Shown piece by piece: positions 1 to 12,049 of a stretch of 64,000 bases of DNA. Each line of letters begins with the position of its first letter. The first letter of the stretch is position 1. Source of the stretch: Psammoneis japonica (taxonomy: Eukaryota). The position numbers and the translations under genes are program-made. A model generated the notes under the pieces. It had not been told where the DNA came from. It did no database searches and saw only the letters and a program-made list of their open reading frames with translations. The DNA lies in contig QPGO01000030.1 in assembly GCA_008632985.1 (NCBI GenBank), positions 186,001 through 250,000 on the forward strand, read 5' to 3'.

Positions 1-10
1 GAGGAAACCC

Positions 11-1857
11 ATGATTAACGGACGGCTTAATCTGCAACCCAAGAAATGGATGGACAGGACCCACATGCTGCCCCCGGCACCAGGACCGAACGATCCCCGA
101 GAGGTCAAGAGCGCCGTCCTAGACCACTCATTGCGCACCATTCGTGAAGGGGAAGGTGCTTGGCAAGCCAAGTGTGAACTGATGACCACTCATCTGGGCA
201 CACCGATGGTGATGACGCAAGCAAAACTTAGGATCGCCTCGTTCGACCTGTTGACACACCCCACCTGTGCATGCACGTTTGCAGGTGCAGTTGACTCAAA
301 CGTCAGAAACATCAACGTGCCAGCTGTCGACGGAGCAGCATTCCGGAACACAGCACGTCACGCAGTGTACGACGTAACCATCAACCCCGGCAACGCGGAC
401 CCAGTGCACGCACTTCGCACGCCAGTCCCAGCAGAGACGAGGCGCGTGTACGCGCGCTTGCCACTGATCGGAGGACAACTCCACCCGAACATCAACGGAG
501 CAACGATCCGATTCTTTGGACACGTGCACCAAACCATGCTTGCCGCAAACCAACCCATCGAGCTCAGCCTCAATGCGGAAACCTGCCTCAGCGAAGAGGC
601 CTTCCAAACATGGAAAAAAAGCATCTGCTGCAAGACGCTCTACGAGCACATAGCCCAACTCATGCCGTCCGCCTTCGTCGGAGATGGGGCAATCAAGTCC
701 GCCGCAAATCGATTGCAAGAATGCACCATGGTCACACAAGACCCAGTGACAGGAACCAAGAAAGGCAGATCCACCCAAGAGCATTTTGAGGCATTCTCCA
801 GCATCGCAGCAGAGCTCGACACGAACCACCCATGCCCAGTCAACCTCGCATGCACATGCTGCTACTCCTTGCCAATGAAATTGCAGGAAAAACTCCACAC
901 CAAGGGTCACAGCCCCCCTGAGGTGTGCAACGGGAATGAGGAACAACTGGCAAATCTCAACACAGCCAAGCAAAGGGCAACGGAGTGTGAACTCGAACTC
1001 AAGATAGAACTCGACACTGTCAAGAATGCGGCAAACAGACGAGGACAAAACCAGTCAGTGGTTATGATGGCTAACCCCAACATCGGAACTCACCAATTCC
1101 CAACGGAAACTCCAGCAAGCATTCCCGGATGCGCAGCCATGCCCAACCCTGCCGCCATTCCTGGATGCGCAGCCACCCCCAACAGCGCACACCCTGGAAC
1201 ACAATCGACCACCCCACAAACGGCACAGCCGACACCAGGAACATTGGCCCACAGTTCAGCAGTGCCAATGGCGACGTTCGGCCCAACGCAACTGTCCACA
1301 TTGCTCTCGGATGCAGCACAAAGAGCCCTCACACAAGATGTCAATGTCACCGACGACACCCCATGTGTCATGTTCCTGTCCACAGCCGAGCAAGCCATGC
1401 GCCAGGCCAGCGGCATGACAGCTCCATGCAAATGTTGGGGCTGCGATGGCATGCACAAATGGGCTGACTGTGACAAACGGAACGACCCCAACGCAAAAGC
1501 AAAAGCAATGGTCAAGATGCAAGAGTTGCGAGAACAATGGCGCGAGAAACGCAGGGCGAGGAACTCCTCACACCAACCAGCGTTGAAACGCACCATGTTG
1601 AGCGAACCAGAGGTGACGGAAAACTGGGAGAGGCTTGGATTCCCCAACAGCAAGGTGGCAAAACAGGTGCACACATTAGCTGCCCCAGAAACATCCAACA
1701 AGAGGCGCAAGCAGATCTGCAAGACCATGTCCACCTTGCTCGCCCAGAAAGACGAGGACAGCCAGATCCACGGAACCCCGGATGTCACACTGTTCACGAC
1801 AATTCGAGCAATGCAAGGCACCATCCCAAACGCACCACTCGACATGTCAGCGGATCT
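11..1857 (+). pseudogene. gag-like region of the Gypsy element
   Basis: Long ORF with a CCHC-type knuckle CWGCDGMHKWADC (~1433-1471), lying upstream of pol. It runs into the N-gap. Confidence 0.75.
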
Positions 1858-2184
1858 NNNNNNNNNNNNNNNNNNNNNNNNNNNNNNNNNNNNNNNNNNN
1901 NNNNNNNNNNNNNNNNNNNNNNNNNNNNNNNNNNNNNNNNNNNNNNNNNNNNNNNNNNNNNNNNNNNNNNNNNNNNNNNNNNNNNNNNNNNNNNNNNNNN
2001 NNNNNNNNNNNNNNNNNNNNNNNNNNNNNNNNNNNNNNNNNNNNNNNNNNNNNNNNNNNNNNNNNNNNNNNNNNNNNNNNNNNNNNNNNNNNNNNNNNNN
2101 NNNNNNNNNNNNNNNNNNNNNNNNNNNNNNNNNNNNNNNNNNNNNNNNNNNNNNNNNNNNNNNNNNNNNNNNNNNNNNNNNNNN

Positions 2185-5100
2185 CATCCCCTTTCTAAGG
2201 AAGACAAAGGGAATGTGGTCGTTCGATGAGCCTCCACAACTCCACATCCCGATGCTCAACGCCACATTCAACGTGACGTGTGTGCCACCGTCATGCAGGG
2301 ACCCGCCCCAACGTCGGAACATCCCGTCAATCTCGACCACGCTCTCAACCTGCTCAATTGAGGAAGGACTCGACATCAACGAGCAGGAATGACAACTGGA
2401 GCAGTGTCTGTCGCCGCCCTGTAGGAACCTGTTAATGAAATGCCCATTGCGCACGAGCAGACACAGATTTGGGTCGGTGTCGGCAACACAAGAGACACTG
2501 GCGACACTCAAGACTTGCCAACCTACGGGCATCAAGTCATTTGCGGCATCTTCAGTGACTACAAAGGAGACAGAGGCAGCCAAGAAAATGAGAGACGGTT
2601 CCAAACCTGTGGTGACCGAGAAACGACCGCACCGCCCCCCGATCAAAAGCACATGTGAAGAGCCAGATTGGGAGCCCGACGAATTCTCGCACATGGAAGT
2701 GTTGTTCAGGGAACATGGCAACGTCCCACATAAGAACAAACACGAGATCCCAACCCGAACTGACGTGATCAAATACGACGATCAAAAACACAAGACGGAA
2801 TTTGAAGAAATGATCCAGTGGGATGACTGCCCGGAAGACAAGCGACAGGATGTCGAACAGACACTCAAACAGCACTGGGACGTGTTCGCTCCCGAGGGCA
2901 TGAAAAAGCCGGTGTCAGGCTTCGAGTTTAACATCGATGCTGGACCAATCAAACCTGTTTGTTGCAAGGATCCAAGATGCGGACCACACGAATCAAGAAT
3001 TGTGACGCAGTTGGTCGAAGGTCTGGAGAAAAATGGAATCGTGGAAGACGATTACGGCCCCTGGGGAGCCCTGGTCGTCTTAGCAGCAAAACCGCACCAA
3101 GGACACAAGCATTGGTCAGAGTGCGTCTGGCGGCCATGCGTGTCATGCAGGGCACTGAACGCTGTCACGAGACCATTCGCCTTTCCAACGAGATGATGCG
3201 ATGACGCTGCGAGAGACATTGGGCCGTCCCGACATTTCATCACGATGGACTTACTTTGGGGGCATTGGCAAATGCCACTGTCCGATGCCGCCAAGGAAAA
3301 AAACGGCATTCTTCGCACCCAACGGGAAGAAACACTTCAACCGAATGCCAACGGGTGTCAAGAACGCATGCCAAGCACACCGCTGTGTCATCGAAGCTGT
3401 CAAAAAGGACTGGGAAAACACAGCACGGGAGTTGAACATGGGAGACGTAAAAATGATGAGTGGAAGAGACATCCCAGGATGCGGCAGTCAAAACATCATC
3501 GACGACATCATCTTACACTCCACGCAGACAACGCGGCTCCTCCAGTGCTTCAAAGTGGTCCTGGCGATGTTCCAAAAGTGTCGCATCACCGTGTCACTGA
3601 AAAAGTGTTGTTTCCTCCCGAAAGCAGCGGTGTTCGTCGGACTGGACATAGAACCAGAAGGAAACAAACCGGCAAAAGACAAACTTCCACTGTTTGAGAA
3701 CCTCAGGCTCAAGCGGCCTCTAACTTTTGGAGACCTGCGGTTGTTCATTGGGCTCCTGGGATTCTGCCAAGAATGGATGCCCCTGTGCGAGATCCGAACA
3801 GCACCGTGGCGACGACACCAAAAGAAGATGCCACCCGGCTTGCACACCCAAGAGGAGGAACGCGAGTGTTTAGAAAAGAACTGGTCAGAGAAGGACGAGG
3901 AACTCAGAATCGAATCGCTGGACGAGATCAAACAACGACCCACCTTGACAAGACCAAACTTCAACAGAAGGTTTTACCTCAAAACCGACTTCAGCAAGCA
4001 TGGCGCAGCAGCGGTCTTGTTGCAAGCCGACCCCGACGACCCGGAAGCGCCAGCCGAAGAAGAACGTCTCAAAACACGACCGGCCCCGCGAAGCAAATTC
4101 GAAATGAAACGCAACACCAAGAAACTGCGACTCCGACCCATTGCTTTCTTCTCACAACGGAGCACACAGGCACAAAGCGCTTGCCATTCGCACACAGGAG
4201 AAGTGTGGGCTGGTTTAGTGGGAATGAGGAAATTCAAACGACATTTGCTGGGAAGCGAATTTACCTGGCTTACGGACTGCAACGGAGCCCAAAAGTTCCT
4301 CCACCCCGTCACCGAAGAAATGCTCACGCACCAACACCAGCGATGGCGCATGGAAATGTCGATGTACGATCACACAGGAGAACACAGGGACAATTCCATG
4401 ATGGCCGAGCCCGACATCCTCACCAGATGCAATTGGTGGACGGAAACGTGGCGGTCAGGCGGCGCGGCACAACCGATTGAGACCCGAGAACCTTGCGGAC
4501 CTCATCCTTTCACGAGCATGCTGGCAACGGCAGCCCCCATAAAACACGACCCGATGCCTTTCAGCAACGTGAAGATGCAGGTGCACGGGCCAGCAACCGG
4601 AGCCAAAACACCACTGGCACAACAAGAGAGCAACTCACGAGCGATCACACTGCACAACGCCGCCACCAACAACACAGAAAGCGCATGCGAGGAAATTGGT
4701 GTAGAAGCACTAACAAGTGCACTCATCGAGGACCGAGTCGAACTCAAGTTCAACCCGAACTCCGAGCTGACACCAGCCGGTTGCGCACCCACAACAGAAT
4801 GGCTGGACCAAGTGAAGCAGGACAGCAACGAGCACACATCGCAGGTGGAGTGGCTCATCGCTGCAGACGGCGGAACACAAGACTTAGAATGGGACCAGAA
4901 AGAAATGGATGAATTCAAAGAATTGGCAATTACCTCCAAAGAAAAGCAAAACCTGCAAGCCCCAATCGTCTTTAGGGACCGACGAGACACACACCGAGTC
5001 ACCCCGGAAAACAACCCACACAAGTGGGTAGACACAGAACTCCAGTGGGACAGACTCGAGGTTAAACTGCAAGGCACACGACACGGCAGCCCCACACAAA

Positions 5101-8084
5101 GCTGCCACTCAGTGCTGACAGCAACAAAGGATCCCGAGGTTTTAGAGACGATGCAGTTCGAAGAACAAGAACCCGGCAGCATGTTGCCTTACCTGGAACA
5201 ATGGGACAGTTCCACCGACGACATCACGAGAGAACGCGAACTCGCCGAAGTCGAACGACAGCTGCCAGACGTGCTTCCAGACTCACCACACAAACCCAGA
5301 GCAACAAAGAGGGTGCAGAGACCCAACGAGGCAGTGTGGACACCAGTGTACGACGTCGAGCACCCAGCCCCACCCTTGCGGCTCAAGGAAAACACGTGGT
5401 ACGAAAGCCCATTCGCAATCGAAGTGCACGACCACTTCGAGCACGAAAGCGGAATCCGCAGGATCAGACTCCACGAGCTCGTCAACATGATGGGATTCCA
5501 AGGTGTCACGGCGGAAAGGCTCAAGCTGATGCATCACGACACAGTCCTCGACCACCCAGCGGTCACACCACCAAAACAAGTGGTCAGTGCAGCATTGCAA
5601 GGACTGATTTTAGCAGAGCAAAGGGCACAATTACGGACACAAGAGGTCTTGCCAGCCAGAGACGCAAGCCCAATGGAGATGCTGCTAACCGCACTCCAAT
5701 CTACACCGGCATGGGAGTTGAATGGCATTGCCACCCTTCCCTTGCCATCAAAGAGCGACTGGCAAGAAGCCTCCCAGCAAGAACCGGATGTCAAACCATG
5801 CATCGACGCACTAGAAGCGGGCACCAAGCTTGACAAGTCCAAATTAATGAACAAGGAGTTCAGCAAGGAATTCCAACACGGAAGACTCGGGACCGAGGAG
5901 GGTGTCCTGTGCCGGCACGAAGGGAAGAAGCAAAGCCTGTTGAGACAAATCAGGACAAGAGCAGTGCCAAAAAGATGCAGGCAGACCGTCTTCTCAGCAC
6001 TGCACGTCTCACCTTGTGCAGGACACTCAAGCTACGAAAAAACCTGCTGGAAGATCGCCGCGAGGTTTTGGTGGCCGGCAATGGCTGCAAATGTGAGGGA
6101 ATGGACGTTGGGATGTGCAATGTGCCAAGCAGTCAATGTCACTAGCCACGAAGCACAACAAATCATGAAGACCATGCAAGCCGACGCACCGTTCGACACA
6201 GCAGTTATGGACGTGTGGACACCTGGACGAGTGGCAGTGAGAAAGAATGCGGCAAATGCATTGGGCTGCCTAGACTCAATGACAGGATTCGCAAGCATCA
6301 CATTTCTTACCTCTTGCACCTCAGAGGACGCAGCAAGAGCCGCGTTCCACGCGTTCTTCGTCCCCCACGGTCTGCCGAGACTCGCACTCGTAGACGCAGG
6401 GCGACAGTTCGCCGGACTCGTGTTGCAGCTGTGCAGCCTGTTGGGCATGCAAGCCCACCCAGCAACAAGAGAGAACCACAAGGCCATTTTGTGTGAGAGG
6501 TTCTTTAGACACCTGAACAAGATGGAGCACATGCAAACGGCAGATTGCCAATCCTCAAACGAATGGACGCTCGGAGCTGCTTTCGCGACCTGCGCATGGA
6601 ACAGCGCACCGGTGGAAGGCACTGACATCGTGAGAAGCAGAGCAGCAATGGGACGCGACTTCCCTTTTCCTGTCGACACTCACCAGGAAGCAACAGTCCC
6701 AAGGGAGAACACCAATCAGGGAGAGCAAGTCCCAGAACACATGAGCGCGACCTTCCCTCTCCTTGCAAAGCAGCGACTCACATTGAAGCTGCTCACAGAA
6801 GACCGCAGAAACCATCACAGAACACTCGCCAACAAAAACCGTTCAGGAAACAAGTTCCAACCAGGTGATCTGGCAATCGTAAGGAAACAAGTGCAAACGT
6901 CAGAAAAAGGCCCGGGGAAACTGATGATCAAAGCAAGAGGGCCACACAGAGTGTTGGAGAAGATGCACGAAGGAGCACACAACATCCAACGAATGCCTTT
7001 CACAGAAGGCATCAGACGAGTTGGCAAAACATGCAAAGAAAGCTCAGCACGTGTGGAAGCCATGCCTTCGACGCTGGCACTCCATAAGACCACCAACGGT
7101 GCAGACACTCGCATGGCAACGATAGAACGCCCTGTGGTAAACCACCCCCTGGAGAACACGTTGGGCACAGTGGATTTCGGCAGATGCGCCAAGACGGCAC
7201 CAGAAAACAACTTCGCTCATGACAAGATTGAGGATGTGCACCCCACCTTCCAGATGTGTGACGACGACGACAACAATGAAAACAACGACAGGGACAATAG
7301 CGCCGCAACAACTCCAACTGTCAACGATGAAGCAGAAAATGATGCCAGCCGAAGCGACGGCAACAACGTCCTGCAGGATGCGCAGACAGACGACACCACC
7401 GAAACCGGCCCATCATCAGCATCCACAAGTGCATCACCAGAGACAGTTGCTGCCGACGCCGAAAACACCAATGCCAAGCTCAGACGATCAAACAGAAGGA
7501 AACGGACACCTTCGAAACTACAAGATGATGACGATGTCAGGAAACGAGGACGCGCGAACAACAGGGCGATGCACGAAAACCTGTGGAACAAGGTGCAAGA
7601 ATCTCGAGACAAACTGTTTTTCATCAGTCACACCGCCAAGGGAACCACTCGCCGTTGCTGGCATCTTGTTCAGGTGGACCCAGCAAACACCGACCCGACC
7701 ATGGCGAAGCATTTTGGACAATGTTGTGTGGTGTGGTACATTCGACACCAAGGGGACAGCACCACCAGAAAAACAAGAAACTGTCGGTTTTGGCCAGAGA
7801 CACACGAGCTTTGTACAGACAACACTCTTGGGCCTATGATGCAAGTCAAGCCAGGGAAAGCAAAGGCCTTTTTAGAACGGCACCCACACACGCACCAAGC
7901 CCACTCGGACGAAATAGATTTGACGAAGCAAAGCATCCTCGGGCCTTTCAACTTCGCACCACCAAAAGATCACCAACAAGAAAGCCACCGAATCAGTGAT
8001 GCACATTGGACAGAACTACAAGCCCTTGCACGACTGCAACACATGCGGACGGACGACACAGACGAAGTGATGCCATTGCGCTGA
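2185..8084 (+). pseudogene. pol: RT - RNase H - inserted MTase-like domain - integrase - C-terminal extension
   Basis: RT motifs GPWGALVVL, WRPCVSCRALN, FITMDLLWGHWQ, NIIDDIIL. RNase H motifs FYLKTDFS and FTWLTDC. Integrase HHCC zinc finger (H-x6-H...CAMC, ~6000-6125), core MDVW/VDAG/CERFF, and a GPY-like ARGPHRV. In-frame TGA at 2390 and 3194 (probably CGA->TGA), and a frame change in the A-run at ~3297-3303. Confidence 0.9.
4638..5620 (+). other. C5 DNA-methyltransferase-like domain inserted in pol, catalytically degenerate
   Basis: Motif order matches C5 MTases: ITLHNAATNNTESACEEIG (motif I position), VEWLIAADGG (IV), APIVFRD (VI), LQGTRHGSPTQSCHSVL (VIII), VYDVEHPAPPL (TRD), IRRIRLHELVNMMGF (IX), AVTPPKQVVSAALQGL (X). 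Confidence 0.65.
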
Positions 8085-8610
8085 GTGGTGAATCTGTGTG
8101 ATGGACACCATCATGCACCCTCGCGTCTCACCCGTTTGAACTTTTCCTTTGTGCTCACAATAACTTTAGGATAACTTTACATTGCTGGACGAGCATCCAC
8201 TAGACTGAGTGCTGTGCACACTGACCTTGTGGAGGTTGTTTGGAGCAGGCTGGAGGAGTCGACACTCCAAGCACGAAGCTGAGCAAGGAATGAGCCAGGA
8301 ACAGCTAAATCCCATGTCCCACTCCAGTCATCGCGATGACCTGCAAAAGGAGGCGCGAATCAATGGACAAACAACAAGTAAGATGACTTGCAGGTTGGCA
8401 CTTGTTGGTCCTGACGCGCAGCGACATTGTGCCGTGCACCCACGGACGGACCCTGGCTGGCTCATGAAAGGCTGTGACGCGGAAGACTTGGACAGCAGAC
8501 CTCTAAGCACCGCATTCACGACACTGGTGCCCCCTTGAGTAAGCTTAGTGTAGGGAGGAGAGGGACGCCTCAACTCTCATGACTTCGCAAGCGCCTGGGA
8601 ATACACTGGT

Positions 8611-8618
8611 AGAGGGGA
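8611..8618 (+). other. polypurine tract (PPT)
   Basis: AGAGGGGA immediately precedes TGTAACG. Confidence 0.7.
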
Positions 8619-9102
8619 TGTAACGTGACGCCTGTACTGCATCCGTCGGCTACGTGCAAGCCGTGTGATGTACAGACCGTGGGCTAGACAGCTCCGATCT
8701 CAGCCATCCCTTGCACTCTCACAACAACCATCCTCACCCTTTTGGCACAGGACACCTCATCGGATATCCCCTACCATGGCGTCTGACGATGACGCCCTGT
8801 ACGACTTGTACTGTGCTGATGGCACGCAACAGGCTCTTATTATTGCGGCCATTGCGGATCTCGGATCTTGGATGCGGGCGGATCTCGGATCTCACTCGTG
8901 ACTGCATGCCGTTAATCAATACCACAATCTCACGTAAACAGGACATGTCTGATCTACCAGGATCCTCGTACAATTCTTACGCAGGAGCTCACCACACCAT
9001 TCATTGAAATCTTCATCCATCAATCCATCCAGCCATCAGCCATCACATCGGATCATCTATCGGAGGCTTGCTGCGCGTCGTTCCGTTAGTCTTAACTTCA
9101 CA
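8619..9102 (+). repeat. 3' LTR; right end uncertain (CA at 9102 or 9123)
   Basis: Begins with TG directly after the PPT and has candidate CA ends before the next host gene. The 5' LTR is not in the window, so this cannot be confirmed. Confidence 0.6.
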
Positions 9103-9171
9103 ACCGCAACACTGTAACCTACAACCATCGAAGAAGGGATACCGTACTTACCATATCTGCCAGAAAGAAAC

Positions 9172-11218
9172 ATGAGAGTCACAAGCCAAGGGTTGTTATC
9201 AGGTCATTGGTTGGGTATGCTCCTTGTTGTTGTATTGTGCGCAACGAATATTTCGCCGACGTTTGTCCGTGCTTTTCTGATATCACCCGGTGGCATCAGG
9301 AGGAGGAGTCGTCGAGCTGTAGGATTTTTGCAACCATCTCGTTTTTCTCTTGGTGTTTCGACGGGCGATAGTAGTACACATTCCACTGAAACTGATGAAA
9401 CAATGGATGACAAAACGCTCCTCCAGACGGTCCCAGAATCGCAGCTTTCCGATTTGTGTGCCCAGTACAAACTTTCCAAGGACGGAACAAAGGAGGAAAT
9501 GTTGCAACGACTGAGAGATTTTGCCAATACACAAGCACAGCTAGAGGAGCAGCGACGCAAAGATAGAATAGCTCGAGTTGAGTCTGGAGGTCTAGATTCA
9601 AAAGAACGATACGAGATTGTCAGTGACTATCCAGAAGACGATGAGGAGGAGGGAGGCTTCTTTTATTTTCAGGTGGAATCAAAAAATGAAACTGTGGCTA
9701 ATCAGACAAAAGCTTCTAAGAACGCTTCCAAGAAAAAGCCTTCTCAGCACACTTACACTTCAAACTCTGCCATTTCTGCTCCCCCGCCACCAGCCGAACC
9801 GAACGAAGACGGCGAACGCGTCGTGACGGTGTACTCGACATCCGATCAAAACGATCTAACGGGTATTGCAGGTGCTCAGCCCGGACGATCGTTCAATGAT
9901 AATACCTTGATGAGTGGTGAAGCGTCCGCCCCAAAGGGTGCGGCGGCGGCTCCGTGGGACATGACGCAGCAAAAATCTGCCGCAAACAAGGACGAGTTGG
10001 ACGAAGCCAAAGAGGCCGTGGCGGAACTGGTGCACTCGTTGTTAGCCATGACGGGTGCTCCTGCCTTTCGAGAAGAGTTTAGTGAAGGCATTGCTCCGCT
10101 GTTGAATGCGCACAAGGCAGCACCCTCCGCGTCTCCCGAACAATTTGTTGGATTTGACCCGTCAAAGGTCACTACAGAAATACTGACAGCGTCGTCACAG
10201 GCGCTCCGAACAGGTCGGGGCCAGGTGTTGCAGGATGTTCTCCGTGATTATGAACTCCGGGCGGTTGGCCACGATGGCATGGCGGGTGATGATGTGGAAA
10301 AGGGAGGTGGGCACTACCGTGAGGTGTCAAAGGTTCGTGCCTTTTTGGAAGGATATCGTCGTGCCGAATTACGACGTGTGGCGCGCGAAACAACCACCAT
10401 GTTGCTCGACAAGATTGTAGCCGAAGGAGTGGATGGGTTGGATCTGACTCTGGCGTCCATGACGAGGAGCAGTGATGATACAAACGAGGCGGGAGAATTG
10501 AATGATGCGCTCCTTGACTTTTTGAACGACGCGATTCGTCAGCAGGAGAAAAAAGTGGAGCAGACGGTTGGTGCTAGCCTTACCGTGGCGACAGAAAACG
10601 AGGAGCATCCGGTAGAAGTAGATAAAACCTCACAGCTCTGGAACGTCACAACTGAAGATGGAGCAAGAGTTGAAACATTTGATCCGAATGACCCAAATGT
10701 GAAGAAGGCGTTTGAAGAGGCAAAATCAGGTGACAAATTGGTTGCAAACGCTCGTAAGACACCCGAGACGGCTTCAGAACAACTATTGTTCCTGCTTTGC
10801 CTACTGAGAGATCGAATCAAGGCGGAAGCTGCATTTGTGAATGATGAAAAGGGACGAAATCTACGGATCCTTGCGCATTGTCTTCATAGCCCGACTCTTG
10901 ATGAAACGGAGCAGATTATAACCAAGAATTTGGGCGCTTCGCTAGATGTATGTGCCTTGTGTTTATTGATATTGATGACATTGGCTTGCTTGTTCACCTC
11001 GTGTCTCACCCCCATGTTGTTCACAGCGTCTTGAATCCTTTTCGCAGTTGGTTGCGGCTTCAATAGAGTATGCGGAGAGTACAACCCACCAGTTGCAGCC
11101 TTCCAGAAATGGTGTACTGAATGTGAAGCAATTGCAAGGCATCAAAGAGTTGACAGAAGAACTACGCGAGAAACAAGCATGGCAGGCAGCTTCTGCGTCT
11201 TCAAATCTTCAGCCATAA
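9172..11218 (+). CDS. probable plastid-targeted SAP-domain protein (2 exons; intron 10948-11026)
   Basis: Signal peptide ending VRA-FL; SAP-like LSDLCAQYKLSKDGTKEEMLQRL. A GT..AG intron gives an open second exon ending TAA at 11216. Confidence 0.8.
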
Positions 11219-11321
11219 AAGGTGACAAAATAGTGAAGAAATGTTAATGTCTGACATAATTTTTAACCCCACATGTAAGGGTACATAGAAGAAGCCCATA
11301 ATACACGACAGTGAAAGATTA

Positions 11322-11849
11322 CTACTTGGATGCTTCCTTTTTCGCTGGCGCGTGAGCCTTGCCTTTTCCTGATTTCTGTGACGCCGTGTCGCTAATGTTG
11401 TGGTTTTCAGTCACGGGGCCAACCGGTCTTGAGAGAACCATAAGCAGCGTCCCGGTGTTATATTTCATACCACCCTTGACACTTTCATGGATAACAGTCA
11501 ATAGCTCCGTCCAATGCTTTTCTTCCGCTTCTGGCATTCGTGCATATCCCTTGTTGGCGATGTAGTTGAATGCTTCTTCGAAAAAATCAAAATAGACTCG
11601 ATTTCCCTGCTCTTCACGAACTAGAAAATCGCCCTTTGACGACCATGAGGAAGGAAAAAAAGATTGGATTGTCAGTCATGATCTAGAATTCGTAACACGG
11701 GATAGTTGACGGCAATACCATGCGTTGTGTTGAGTCCTGCTCTAACATACCTTTTCAAAACCGGCGCTAATTGTCGCAATGTTATAGGCCCCTGGCGCTG
11801 GCTGGAAAGAGCTATTCGTGCCGACATCAGAAGGTGATTCTTCGGCCAT
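11322..11849 (-). CDS. small hypothetical protein (2 exons; intron ~11635-11750)
   Basis: ATG at 11849 (MAEESPSDV...AGFEK), GTATGT donor, then GDFLVREEQGNRVYFDFFEEAF... to TAG. Confidence 0.65.
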
Positions 11850-12049
11850 TGTAAGAGTTCAGAGTGTCAAAAAGATTGCCAGAACCGTCGAAAGGTCGAC
11901 ACAAGTGCGGTGAGCGGTGATGGTACCGGTATTCAGTATTACACCAAAGGGTGATGAGTGATGATTGATGATGAGAACTGCAACAGAGTACAGAGTGCGT
12001 GACAGATGAGCGGAGATTTGGAGCACGAAACGAACGGACTGCGGACCGA

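Larger units (their letters stand above)
1..9102 (+). mobile_element. Ty3/Gypsy LTR retrotransposon, 5' end outside the window, mutationally decayed
   Basis: Domain order is gag zinc knuckle, then RT, RNase H, integrase (Gypsy order), followed by a polypurine tract and a TG-starting LTR. An N-gap at 1858-2184 probably hides the protease. Confidence 0.93.

Noticed and set aside
1858..2184. ORFs spanning the N run; apparent lack of a protease
   Set aside because: This is an assembly gap of estimated length. The frame across it is unknown and the protease probably lies inside.
2390..3196. TGA read-through or selenocysteine in gag-pol
   Set aside because: Both stops sit where Arg (CGA) fits, consistent with CpG deamination.
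3290..3310. Programmed ribosomal frameshift in pol at the A-run
   Set aside because: It falls inside the RT domain rather than at the gag-pol junction; a homopolymer error or decay is more likely.
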